Positions 22,746 to 35,309 of a DNA stretch of 64,000 bases are shown here, piece after piece. The notes below the pieces were generated by a model. It made no database searches and was not told where the DNA came from. It was given only the letters and a program-made list of their open reading frames with translations. Each line of letters opens with the position of its first letter. Position 1 is the stretch's first letter. A program made the position numbers and the translations under genes. This DNA is from Octopus vulgaris (lineage: Eukaryota). The stretch spans positions 1,426,001 through 1,490,000 of the forward strand of contig OX597825.1 in NCBI GenBank assembly GCA_951406725.2. Reading direction: 5' to 3'.

Positions 22746-25344
22746 ATATTAATTAAATGAAAGAATTTAGTTTCGTGGATCATGCAAAGTTATCCTGGAA
22801 ACACTTGTCAGAGATTATTATTTCCATTTTAGATACTTTATTCATTATTGAGTTTAATTTTCTCATTTGAATTAAATGCTCCAGTCCTTTGTCAATGAAC
22901 ATGTCAAATAGAAGTTCTGTCATTATCTGTGCAGCTTGAAGACTGGGAGTAAAACTTGAAGAATACAATGCATACTGAATAATTGTTGTTGCTGTTGCTG
23001 TTGCTGGTTCTATTCAAGCCATGCGAAAAATCTTGAGGGAAAAGATATGATCATAGGTGTTCAATCATGGCCGATTTGTGGTTTCGAAATTTGCTTTTAA
23101 ACTTTTAAACTTAGCACTTTTGGGTTCAATCTCAGTCTGCTTCACCTTGGGTTAATGCCTTCTAATAAAGCTTAGTATTGACTAATTCTTTGTAAATGGA
23201 AATTGAAAGAAAGAACCTGTCAAAGTTGGACTGTGTGAGTGTATGTATGTATTTGTGTATGGTCCAAAAATCGATACTGTTGTTTATGTTATGTTCTTTT
23301 ATGTCTTTTGTCTCAGCCTGTTCATAAACGAAGATCAATATAATAGTACCAGACTGATATAAATATTGGGGCTGTTCAGATTGGCTAAAATCCCTGAGGG
23401 CATGGCTCCCCCACCCCCACCAACCCACTCACTATATAGGGGCAGTAAAATAACTGACACCAGTAAAAGAATTCTATTTAAAAAGTAACTCAGACTTTCC
23501 TTAGAAATGTAAAAATACATATCTTACTTTTAATTCTTTTGCTTAAAATAATGAAAATATATAAAAATTCACTTTTTTTTGTCAAATAGCTCATAAATAA
23601 TTTTTACCATTAGATATAAATATATCAACTATCTTCTTGGCAAGTGAAGAATAATATTATATGCTGAGTCTAAAACAACAGAAAACCTGAAAGTTTTAAT
23701 AAAGTATCATTATTATTCGATCATACTTAAACATATTTTTAAACATTAAAATCAACTGTTTTCTTCGGGTTTTTTTTCGTAAAAAGAAACTAAGTAATTA
23801 CTACTACTAACAACAACAATAATAATAACAACAGCAGCAGTAGTTATGAAATATGGCCATAAATTATTCAGATATTTATTCATAGAAATACTTATAAGAA
23901 TTTCCCGCAATAAAATCTTAGATATTTCTTCCGATTACTTACACTTGATTCCTTGAAAAGCATTTTGAATATTAAAAACGACTTGTTTCTTTATTTATTT
24001 TTCCTTTTTCTTTTGTTTTTATTACTTTTTTTTATCATTATCATTTTTCTTTCCGGCATCAACAGAAGCAGTAGCAATGTGGTGTATGTGCTGATACTAC
24101 ATGCTGGAATTTCTAAATATCTTTAACTTCCAACTTTCTAATGTATTTTTCATTATTTGATGTCAAAAACAATTCCAAGATATTTCTACGATATAGACTT
24201 AATATTATAATGTAACATTTGGAAAATAAACATTTAAATGTAAAAATATTAAAAAAAAATACAATGTAGATCATAATTTAGATTATAATTGAAATAATTT
24301 GTTTGATACACTATAATTTTTGTTATCGTTTTCAAACAAAAAAGATAAATAAACAAATAAATATAATTTATTTTTTCAAAATCCATTTGGATAGAAATAT
24401 TTATATCTAGGTTTGGCAGTAATTAAAGGAAATAAAACTAAAACAATAATCAACAAAAATGCTTGCACTTCCTTACATTTTCAACCAACAGTTAAGATTG
24501 TTATTTGCTTCTAAAATGGTGAAATGCTTGAAAAAGTAAAATACAAGAAATTAAATAGAAAAAAGATTAAACAAATTTAATTGGTTTAATTCGTTTTTCT
24601 CCCCCACACTTGATATTTTAATGGCAGTGAGCCATGTATCCTTAGAGATTAAACTTGGTGGAAACGAAGTTAAAGACTTCCTCCTCATCACAAGCTTCAT
24701 TCTTGTGGATTTTTCAATTAACCTGCTTAATTAATTCAATTACCTTCAAGATAGGCGTGAACATCACAAATACCATTTAAACCTGAAGTCAACAGGATGG
24801 TCATATATTTCAAGATACTTTTCATTACAAAGTTGGTTTCCAATGAAAGAGCAATTTTGATATTAAACTAAATCTCAAAAGAAATGTAAATTTCTCCATT
24901 GAAGACATTGTTCTCAGAGTCAAATTCTCCTCAGAAGTTTCAAATCTCAATTCAATCAGAGTTGAAGCCATTTTGCTGCTTCAAAATGAATTGCAGCATC
25001 AAAATTTTATTGTGGCAACCAGAAGGTAAACAATTTAAAAAAGTAACAATTATTAGTCAGCTACGGCTGTGCCAAAATGTCTCTCACCCATCTCGGAAGC
25101 ACTAAATGAAGTCAGATATAATTACTGTCCCTCCATCAGTTATGATGACGAATGTTCTTGCTGATCTGATCAATGGAACAAACCTGCTCGTGATATTAAT
25201 ATGGAAATGACTGAGTACTCCACAGACATGTGTACCCTTAACATAATTCTCAGGGAGGTTCAGTGTGACGAGGCTGGCCCTTTGAAATACAGCCATGACT
25301 CACTTTTGCCAATTGAGCAATCTGTTTCATTAGACTGCAGTCTT

Positions 25345-25692
25345 GCTGGAGCACTACCTCAAAGAGCTTTTAGTCAAATGAATTGACCCAGAACTAATTT
25401 TTTTAAAACTTAATACTTATTCTGTTGGTCACTTTTGCTAAACTGCTAGGTTAAAGGAATGTAAACATGCCAACACCGGTTGTCAAGACATGGTGGGGGA
25501 CAAACATAGACGCAAAGACAGACACACACACACACACTTCTTTCAGCTTTCATCTACCAAATCCACTCACAAGGCTTTCGTTGGCCCAAAGCTATAGTAG
25601 AAGACACTTGCCCAAGGTACCACACAGTGGGATTGAACCTTGAACCTTGAACCATGTAGTCGGGAAGCAAACTTCTTACTACACAGCCACAT
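25345..25692 (-). mobile_element. SINE family A copy
   Basis: ctaccaaatccactcacaaggc...ctatagtagaagacacttgcccaagg...gggattgaacc...gggaagcaaacttcttactacacagccac. Confidence 0.85.
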
Positions 25693-25693
25693 A

Positions 25694-25740
<47 letters not shown>

Positions 25741-26842
25741 GATAACTAAAACAGTAGTTTAGAAAGCCATACTAATGTAGTTGGGAATAGATTAAATACA
25801 AATAAGGACAAAGCTTCATTTTTTACATTAAAACATTAAGTAATCCCATATTTTGGATAAAAATGTTCCTTCACATAGAGAAAGAACAAGAGAAATATGT
25901 CAATATGTGTGTGTGTGTGTGTAATTGGGTGATGATAAATATTGATAAATGTGTATTGATAAATAAGATTATTTGCCAATGAGGAAATAATCTTATCAAT
26001 ACGCAATTACAGCAGGCTCTACGTACTTCTAAACACAGGTGTGTATTGAACAATTGTTACTTTTGTGTAAAAACTAACAAACATTTGTTTTGTGTGTGTT
26101 TTGTGTGTGTTTATGCTAACAAATGAGAAAAAAAAGGGTACTGAGAGCATGGTGTAAGATTTATGTTTAGTTGGAAGCAATTGATAACTTATTCCATTGC
26201 AACTAAGAGTTTCCTACATGTAGAGTACATGTGTGCCGATTCAGGTAATATCTAGAATATGGATAAGGCAAGACATCTGCAATCCAACGGTTGGGTTAAC
26301 TCTCACTGGTCAAAGTAGCTTCGTTATGTGGTAGACCAGAGACATTACTAGTGTTATTCTGAATGATATGGTGTAGGGGTAAGGACCCAAACTAAACAAG
26401 ATCATCAAGGGATAGTTTTTCTATGATGCTTTTTTAAAACGAACATCATGGAAAAGCTTTAGATTTTAAATGGTAGGCTGTGAATTTTGGAGTGAATGGA
26501 AGTTATAGAAGAGAAATTTTCTCTGATGACTTGTAGTGGATAATATCTTTGATCTCCAGTAATGTGACATCAGAGTTTGTTTTAATATCTGGAACCATTC
26601 AGCGAAGCATGCCCTGCTGTTTTGAGACCCAATGAAGTATGAAGTGGCATTGTCAACAATGTGTTCCAGTTTATTGGAGAACGTCATGAACCATAGCCAC
26701 TGGGTTTCCAGATCAATTGGTATAAGAATTTGGAGTTATTCCTCTCAATATTATACAACTCAAAGAAAAACAAAGTGTATTCAAGCACAATCTATGAAAA
26801 GACTTCTATGAGGAAAGAATTTTTGTGATGCCAACAGACATA

Positions 26843-27532
26843 CGAGGTGAGTTCAAAAAGCATCTGACTTCATTTTTTTCCTGCTAAAACTGATGTCACA
26901 TGGGCAAGATTCTCTGGGTGGGAGATGACTCCACCCTTCCTACACATGCATGAAAAAATGTTCACACATGTCAGATTTTCATTTCCATATGAGATGACTG
27001 AATTTACCAAGTGGAGATATTGCATCAAGTTTTGTCACAAACTTGGTGACATTCAAGCTCAAACCCTGCAGATGATTCAGTAGGTCTCTGGCAATGATGC
27101 CATGGGTAAAATGAATGAGTGGTACAACCACTTCAAACATGGCCACCCCTCAGAGGAGAGTAAAGCATGCTCAGGTAGACCATCCAGAAGCCAATTGAGA
27201 AGGTTTAGCAAATAGTCATGGAAGACCATCATGCAACAAATCCAGGAAATTACTCAGGAAGTGGGGATAAGCACAGGATCAATGCATTCCATTTTAACAT
27301 TGAAAGGGAAGCGATTTGAGTCACAAGAGGAAGTTATGAGAAAAGTGATGTCACAGCTCCAGAGCATTCTAGGGAAGGTGTTCCAGAGGGGTTACCAGCA
27401 TTGGCAGAAATGCTGCAAGGATTGTGTGTACTCCCAAGAGGAATATTTTGAAGGTGATTAAATAACATTTTTGACATGTACAAAATTGTTTTTGGTATGC
27501 CTAAAGTTTGGATACTTTATGAACACATCTCA
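26843..27532 (+). mobile_element. Internally deleted mariner element with TIRs
   Basis: Imperfect ~28-bp TIRs (cgaggtgagttcaaaaagcatc / gatactttatgaacacatctca) after TA. Encodes RYCIKFCHKLG...SGRPS...QEVGISTGSMHSILT fused directly to the C-terminal LKGKRFES...YFEGD. The catalytic DDD domain is absent. Confidence 0.85.
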
Positions 27533-28002
27533 TGTATGAATTCAAATTATAAAACAAACCCTTCTCCTTCCGCTGTAAAAAAATAATAACAAAATCTGAA
27601 TCCAATCCAATCAAATAAAAAAAGAACCCACCAATTCTTTCCAATGCACAATGAAAAATTACACGAAGCCTTCAAAATTTTCCTCAGTGTCTGCATACTT
27701 GCAGAGAAAACAAAACTACAGATATATTCAGACCCTTTATCCTCTGTAAGCAATAAAATCACCAAAACATACAGAAGACAATCTCAACATCTATCATATC
27801 ATAAATACAGAAGCAAAGGAACTAGTTGCCCCACCTAAAAGTGGATCACATTGCTGGCCTCATCATACGCAAACTTAAAAAGTACTCTTAAAGACCCACA
27901 AAGCTATTTTTCTCTCCAGCACTTTGTACAGGTTAATTAATCAACGTTTCCAAAAGTGAATTGGGATGATTTAATAGTTAATAGCTAATTATTAACACAT
28001 TT

Positions 28003-28230
28003 GGGAGGCCCGTGATGCTAGTTTAGTTAGTCAGATTGTAAGATTGTGGTTTTGAGTCCTTGACTGGGCTGATGTGTTGTGTTCTTGAGCAAAACACTTC
28101 ATTTCATGTTGCTCCAGTCTACCCAGCTGGCAAAAATGAGTAATCCTGTGATGGATGGGTATCCTACCCAGTGGGGTAAGATATGTACCATGGAAACCAA
28201 TTCTATGGGTTTATATGACTCAGGAAGAAT
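28003..28230 (+). mobile_element. SINE with CORE-like segment
   Basis: tRNA-like head, then gtgttcttgagcaaaacacttcatttcatgttgctccagtctacccagctggcaaaaatgagta. A related segment lies on the minus strand at 25124-25320. Confidence 0.55.
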
Positions 28231-28900
28231 TTCTGTCCTTTATGATGCTAAATTGCGGGGAGTACCGTGTCCCCATTGTCAAGGGATTTCACACTATCAA
28301 AAATGAACCATCCTGCAAATTCACCTAATTTTGATGTTATGAACTTTTAGCCATCGATTTGAATGAGGAGATATATTGTACATGCAGGAAACTAACAATG
28401 GAGTGAATTATTAATTCCAAACACACACAAACGCTATGTGTGTGTGTGTGTGTGTGTGTGATCAGACTAATGCCATAAAAATGTTTGATTTTGGGCTTAC
28501 CCATAAGATAAATGGACCATGTGGAGCTATTTAAGCTAATTTTTATTTTCTACATTGCAAATTTGAAATAAATAAATAAACAATACAGTGAAAATCGCTT
28601 TTTCTTCCATCATTTATTTATTTATTTATTCTATAAACACACAAAATTTACAAATATTAAATTCTGTATTTTGCTTTAATATCCTACTTTCAATGTAAAA
28701 TTATATGGTTATTTTGTCATTACAAATAAAGTATGCTTAATGTAATATAACAAATAATAACATGCATGATGAATAGACTATTTTATTAATTACAACTTTC
28801 ATGTTAATGTTATTATCAAAGTTAGTCAAAAGTCTAACATTTTCTCTTAATTCAGTTAAATATTTACTCAAATAATTAAAGTTGAAAGATTCTAATCAAC

Positions 28901-28901
<1 letters not shown>

Positions 28902-28958
<57 letters not shown>

Positions 28959-28970
28959 AGAAGAAGAAGA
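28902..28970. repeat. (AAT)n microsatellite followed by (GAA)n
   Basis: Directly visible. Confidence 0.95.
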
Positions 28971-30758
28971 AAAACAGCAACAGCAAAACTGTATTATTTT
29001 GGTCAGATATTTATAATCTTTCAAGTTTTGACATAGTTTCCAATAGTTTTCCAAATACTAAAATGCAGAATAATATTGCTTTCTACTTCTTCGTTTTTGG
29101 AAATTACATACAAAATGAGCGCCAGTTTATTTCCATTACCATACATCAGTTAAAAAGAAAATATAAAAATCAAAATTATATACAAATATAATCAATGAAT
29201 TATGGATTAGTTGGGAGAGGGTGGAAGGTGATTCTTGATTCTAGTGTAACTTGCATGTTTATTTAATTTTGCAGTAAACTGTTAAGAAATATAAGAAAAA
29301 TATTGAGGAATAGAAAAACGGAAAAGAAAAAGACAAACCTCACAAAAGCTACAAATAGTCAGTGGAAAGTTTAATGAGATTTTAAGTCATGAGCGGAGAT
29401 CAAATGAAGTGAGACAACTGGCTAATAATAATTGGGGGATAGTTGATGGGTTGAGAGGAATTGCAGAGTTAAAAGGAATGTGAAGGGCTTCAGTTTGATA
29501 TAATCTAAAAGAGTTGGGGGGACTTTAAAGAACAAAATTTAATAACAGGTCTTTAGAAGCAGCAATAAAGAAGCACATGAAAAGAATCCGGTTTTAATGC
29601 TATTCATATTTACTATAGTACACAATATTAAAGGATTATATATTTTCTAGTAGAAAGAGTTATAATACCAAATGGCAATACGATTTTTAAAATATCTTAT
29701 AACATTATTATAACATGATAGTGAAAGCAAGAAATATGTATCATGGAAGTTCTAAGCAATTTTTCCCCATGGGGCAGCCTGCATGGCTCAGATGGAATTT
29801 GTTGAGGCAGATTTCCGACAGCTAAATTGCTTTCCTGTTGCAAACTCTCAGCTGATGTCAAAGAGGGGTTTACACAAACACAGACATATACATAAGTATA
29901 TATGGTGGTCTTCTTTCAGTTTCCATATACCAAATCTGTTCACAAGGACACTCGCCCAAGTTGGTCTGCAGTGAAACTGAACCCAAGACTACGTGGCTGA
30001 GAAACAAGCTTCTCAACCACCCAACCATGCCTTCCACATACTATATTATTTATATATACATAGATAATATATAAAAATAAGATGGAATGGTCATGACTGG
30101 AATACCTTCAATTATAGGTCTCGTTGATCAGCAGATAATCTGGGGGTTAATCAACAACTGGAATCAACAGGAAAAAGCATTCTACCAACTCAGGATCGCT
30201 GAAGCAGAAAACTTTTTTTACTGTATGCTTATATCTATATAAATATATATATACCCATCAATTATGATAAATCATAGAGTGTAAATATTGGTAAGCCTTT
30301 AATACAGAGCTTTTAAAATGGCAACATGAGAAATGCCATGAAAAGTATTCTATATCATTGATAGAATTTTGAATGATATTCTCTCATCGTTATTGAACCA
30401 ACTACAGAATGTATTGATTTCTTTTGAATAGGCAATGTTTTTAGTAGAGGTTAGTGGTGAGAGGGGTGGAGGAGAATATATTCAATTGAAGTGATTCTAC
30501 AATATAAATGACACTTGTAATATTGATCCGTCACATGGATGAAAGGAAAAATTTGAAACCTGGTGGGATTTGAACTCTAAAGATAGAAAGACGAGTTTAA
30601 ATACTGTTAGGCATTATAGCACTCTATTATATTTCTGTGAATTCACAGCTTTTATGATTGTGTACATATACATGTGTGTGTGTGTGTGAGTGCATGTGTG
30701 TACAAGTCCATGTGTGCATATGTCTGTGAGTGTATATATATATATATATGTATGTATC

Positions 30759-30801
<43 letters not shown>

Positions 30802-30874
30802 AAGTATATGTTTAGTATTAACTGTCACAAAAAAGAGAACTCAACACCATGGTAAAGATTAAAGATGCTTTATT

Positions 30875-30976
30875 TTGGTTGAGTCAGTCTCTTGCTAGTG
30901 TGAGTTTCCCCTTATAGCTACAGATCCTGTGTATCTACAGGCGAAACTCAGAGTAGCAAGAGACTGGCTCGACCAA
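30875..30976. other. ~102-nt imperfect palindrome (long hairpin)
   Basis: ttggttgagtcagtctcttgctagtgtgagtttcccct pairs with aggcgaaactcagagtagcaagagactggctcgaccaa. Pairing continues imperfectly to a ~3-nt loop. Confidence 0.9.
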
Positions 30977-31047
30977 CATGAAATATATGATTATACACAT
31001 ATGAGAAATTATGATAAACAGCAGTTTGTCTTATCAGCTTCTACCTG

Positions 31048-31450
31048 CAGGTGTAGGTTGCTTCCCAACCACATGGTTCTGGGTTCAGCCCTACTGGGTC
31101 ACACTTTGGGAAAGTGTCTTCTTCTATAGCCTTGAGCTATAGAAGTTGACCAAAGCCATGTGAGTGGATTTGGCAGATGGAAACTGAAAGAAGACCGTTG
31201 TGTATGTATGTATGTGTATATAAATATATATGTTTGCATGTGTGTGTGTGTTTGACCCAAATCAATAGTTGACAACCGGTGTTAGTGTGTCTATGTCCCC
31301 ATAACTTTGTAGTTTGGCAAAAGTGACCGATAGAATAAGCACCTGGCTTAAAAAATAAAATAACTATTGGGGTCAATATGTTTGACTAAACTTCTTCGAG
31401 GAGGTTTCTGGTCCTGGCCACAGTCTAACGACTGAAACACGTAAAAGATA
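31048..31450 (+). mobile_element. SINE family A copy
   Basis: ttgcttcccaaccacatggttctgggttcagccc...gtgagtggatttggcagatggaaactgaaagaag, (TG)n, gacaaccggtgtt...gactgaaacacgtaaaagata. Confidence 0.85.
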
Positions 31451-31490
31451 GAAATGTATACATTTCATCCTTAGGATTGCCTGGAACCCT

Positions 31491-31771
31491 GCATTCGATG
31501 TTCCAAGTATGTTTGGATGCTTAACCAGAATGGATCATCAGGGAGCACAGAATTGCATGAAGCTACCAAGAACTAATGCCAGAACTTGTTGGCTTGATGG
31601 CATTTTATTATATGTATTTTGCTTTCTTTCCATTTCCTTGCAAAAATACTTATAAAATGACTTATCGTCAGCCCATCCCTTGACATTAGTTCTCTCATTC
31701 TTAATGCCATAAAGTGGTCCTTGATCATCCATTCTGGATAAGCATCCAAATGTTCTTGGAACATCCAATGC
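31491..31771. repeat. 58-bp inverted repeat pair around a 165-bp spacer (MITE/fold-back-like)
   Basis: 31491-31548 vs 31714-31771, 50/58 Watson-Crick by manual comparison. Confidence 0.85.
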
Positions 31772-32494
31772 TGTGCCAAACATAGAGAAGAACTATAAAC
31801 TTGTGTTTATTGTAATTTCTTCTACATCTGCTCTGTATTTCATAATTAGTTTTACTACAAAGTATAAAGTTGACTTTTTCCATATAGAAGGAATAATCAA
31901 TTATAGGATCATAATCAACTCATATAAAGTTTAGTAATGGCTTATATACAAATTCAAATAAAATACAGGCAAAAGAATTGTCAAAGAATATGAAGCCTGT
32001 TGTTGAGTCATTGAGTTGTTCTTTTATTTAGACCCAGGCTTAAGCAAATTTATTGTTCTAGCTGTGATTATCTGGTAATTCTCTGAAGACAGTAGGGTAT
32101 GATTTGTGAGAGATTTGTTAACTTCTCCTGGCCATATAGATGCACCCTCATTTGCTCATGCTTAATTGAGGTTAAATAGATTGAAATCTGGCCATCTGTT
32201 TTATGGTATTAGTTAGGCACTCTGTAATTTTGTAAATTAGTATATCAATTTGCAAGGAACACAAGAACAAACCACAAAATAACCACTATTATCATCTTTG
32301 TAGATCACAGATTGAAACCATTTCAGTGAAGGCACTTTAAGAAGAACATCAAACAGAATGTCAAGATCAATAGTATCAGAAGCTAGGCAAAGATTAATTA
32401 ATAAAATAATTACTGTATATATATATGTGACTTTTAGATATTCACCCCTCACACACATGCATACATAAATGTGTGTGTGTATGTGTGCATGCAC

Positions 32495-32526
<32 letters not shown>

Positions 32527-34609
32527 AACAGAACACTGTGCGAAGTCATCAAATGTCATGACAAACAGATCCTATCAAGAAAATCAATAATGCAACATTG
32601 TAGGAACCCCCCCCCCCCCCAGAAAGTGAATTAATGATCAAGCATGAAGTGAAGGATAACTTCAAAACGAAATTTGAACAGCATCAATGTCACAATGATA
32701 ATACAGGGAAAAATAAAGCAGAAAAAAGAAGAATTTTAATGCTTTATTATTTCATATCTCAGCCAGAGGGTTAAAAGCAGTGCCCATTAGATATTTTTCA
32801 AGGCAGCTGAGATTATTGAGGCAGAAAGAGAGGAACACTTGGGTTATTCCCGGACCAGATATCTTATTCAATTACTTGCAGCATTGTGAAGTCTGCTAGG
32901 ATCCAGGTGTTGGTGTGAAATTGGGTGAAAGATGAAGTCTACCTGGTTTCATGAAAAAGGTAACAATGGATTAAACAGCAGAGAATAATAGCAGGTAGAT
33001 GTAAACATTCTTTCACAAGTATCAATTACATAATACTAAAAAGGCTGGACAGGAGTTCTAGTCTCACACAAATATTCAGTACTACACCTGTGGCATGAGC
33101 CAACAAGGAAATCCCAATGTGGTAGAGCAACATTCCACCAACGAAATATCACTCAAATTACACCATACAGTACTGAAAAAAACCGAAGTTCAATTTAGGT
33201 GATGTAGTCATAAATACAGTAGTCATAAATCCCTTTGTCTGTCCTTGTTTGTCCCCTCTATGTTTAGCCCCTTGTGGGCAATAAAGAAATATATATTCAT
33301 TTATTTATGTATTTATATATATACTTATTTATTTCTTTATCTATTTTTTTATGCATCTATCTCTAATTAACTTCGTTTCAATTACTTTCGAAGATGGAGA
33401 ATTAGTATAATGAACTCGTCATTAAGCTGGTTGTTGGAAGATGAGATGGAATTTTGATGGAAGGTTTTAGATCACATGGAAATAGAAAGTTTGTATCAAA
33501 GAAGCAGAACAGTCTCAGGCAGAACTCTATCAAAAGAATTAAGAGAACCACTGTTCAGCCATTTAACCTGCATAAAAATAGCAGTGAAATCTCTTTTAAA
33601 TCACACCCTACTATCATATAAAGGGAAGGTCGTTGTGAATAATGTAATCCAAAATAACACACTGTACCTGCCAGGTCTTCACTGGAATAACCTGGCTGGT
33701 ATCAGCCACAAGTCGGTTTTATTTGCCAAACTACTTTCTCAATTACAAAGAAAGAGCTTCTTTATACATCCAAATACGTATAAAATACATCGATTTTAAA
33801 CACACACACAATATGTGAGTGTATTTAGTTGTATAGATTGGAGTCAATGCATTATATATGTAGGTTTAATATTGTTTTTTATTAATGACAATAGTACAAT
33901 GGTTTTAATACATTAGTGTACCTTCTTAAAGGTATATATGTGTACCAGTTCTGTCAAGTTTGGTCTTGCTACCCAGGAATTTCACCTGTACATTCATAGG
34001 TTTACCAGGCAAGTTATGACAGGAGATTTTTGATGGGGGTTATACATATAAGATTTTTCTCATGGGATGGGCCGTTTGTGGAGAAAGAAAAAAACAAGAA
34101 ACTAAAACAGACAAAAGAATGAAAGATGTAAAAAGGTAATAGAGGAGGGAAAAAGAGGAAAGGAAGGAAAGAGGTGGGTTTAAGAGAGAAATAAGTAGGA
34201 TGGTCAATAAAAGAGTTCAATGGAAATAAATACAAACCAATAAATAAATATATAGAGTTGAATGGGGGACAATGGAATAGGATGGTCCCTTGTGAAGGTA
34301 TTTGGTGAATATATATATTGTCAAATTTCACACATGCATAAATAAATGAATACATACATATATATATATATATATATATGGATGAATAAATAGATTAAAA
34401 ACATTAATTGTAGGATGTTAATTAGAAAGTCTTTGGGGGTTTGGTCTTAACTGCTGTTAATTAGCAGTTTAGATTCAGGTTCAGAATCTTGACCAGTTTT
34501 TTGAAAGATGAGTTAATGATGGAAATGGGTGACAGAAACGAGGATGATGACAATAAAAGAGACAGAGATTGATAATAGCAAAGTACTGATGACAATAATA
34601 ATAAATCTT

Positions 34610-35052
34610 TCTGATTTGGGCAGAAGTCCAGCAATCTGAGGGGAAGGAGCAATCGATTACATTGACCCCAATGCTCAACTGGTGCCTATTTCATCAACCC
34701 AAAAAGGATGAAAGGCAAAGTTGGCCTCAGTGGAATTTGAACTCAGAACGTAAAGATGAACAAAATACAATTAAGCATTTTGCCCAGTGTGCTAACAATT
34801 CTGCCCATTCACTGCCTTAATAGGAATAATAATAATAATGGTTTCAAATTTTGCCTCAAGGGCAGTCATTTTGGGGGAGGGGATAAGTTGATTACATTGA
34901 CCTCAGTGTTTCACTGGTACTTAATTTATTGATCTTGAAAGGAAGAAAAGTGAAGTTGGCCTCAGCAGAATTTGAACTCACAATGGAGCAACAGGTGAAA
35001 TACAGCTAAGCATTTCATCCAGTGTTCTAATGATTCTGCCAGCTCACCGCCT
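34610..35052 (-). mobile_element. Two tandem SINE family B copies
   Basis: Each has gattacattgacc...gaaag...aagttggcctcag...gaatttgaactca...taagcattt...attctgcc (34610-34817 and 34840-35052). Confidence 0.85.
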
Positions 35053-35059
35053 TAGTAGC

Positions 35060-35105
<46 letters not shown>

Positions 35106-35128
35106 TGGTGGTGGTGGTAGTGGTAGAG

Positions 35129-35168
<40 letters not shown>

Positions 35169-35236
35169 TAGTGGTAGTAGTAGTAGTAATAATGATAATA
35201 ACAACAACAACAATAATAATAATAATAATAATAATA

Positions 35237-35286
<50 letters not shown>
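35053..35286. repeat. Compound trinucleotide microsatellite (AGT)n/(GGT)n/(AAC)n/(AAT)n
   Basis: Directly visible. Source of the poly-S/V/I and poly-L/Y ORFs. Confidence 0.97.
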
Positions 35287-35287
<1 letters not shown>

Positions 35288-35309
35288 AAATAGCAGATAT
35301 TAGATCCAC

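Noticed and set aside
24744-24782. 39-nt minus-strand exon candidate (GLNGICDVHAYLE)
   Set aside because: Weak pyrimidine tract and donor (gtaatt), and no recognisable homology; expected by chance.
26470-26700. Possible CR1/L2 RT C-terminal remnant (similar hints at 985-1100 and 29330-29520)
   Set aside because: Only faint motif resemblance; too decayed to support without an alignment.
35030-35309. Poly-Ser/Val/Ile and poly-Leu/Tyr ORFs (and poly-S/P/A at 59742-60149)
   Set aside because: Trinucleotide microsatellites adjoining retroelement tails, with no splice or coding context.
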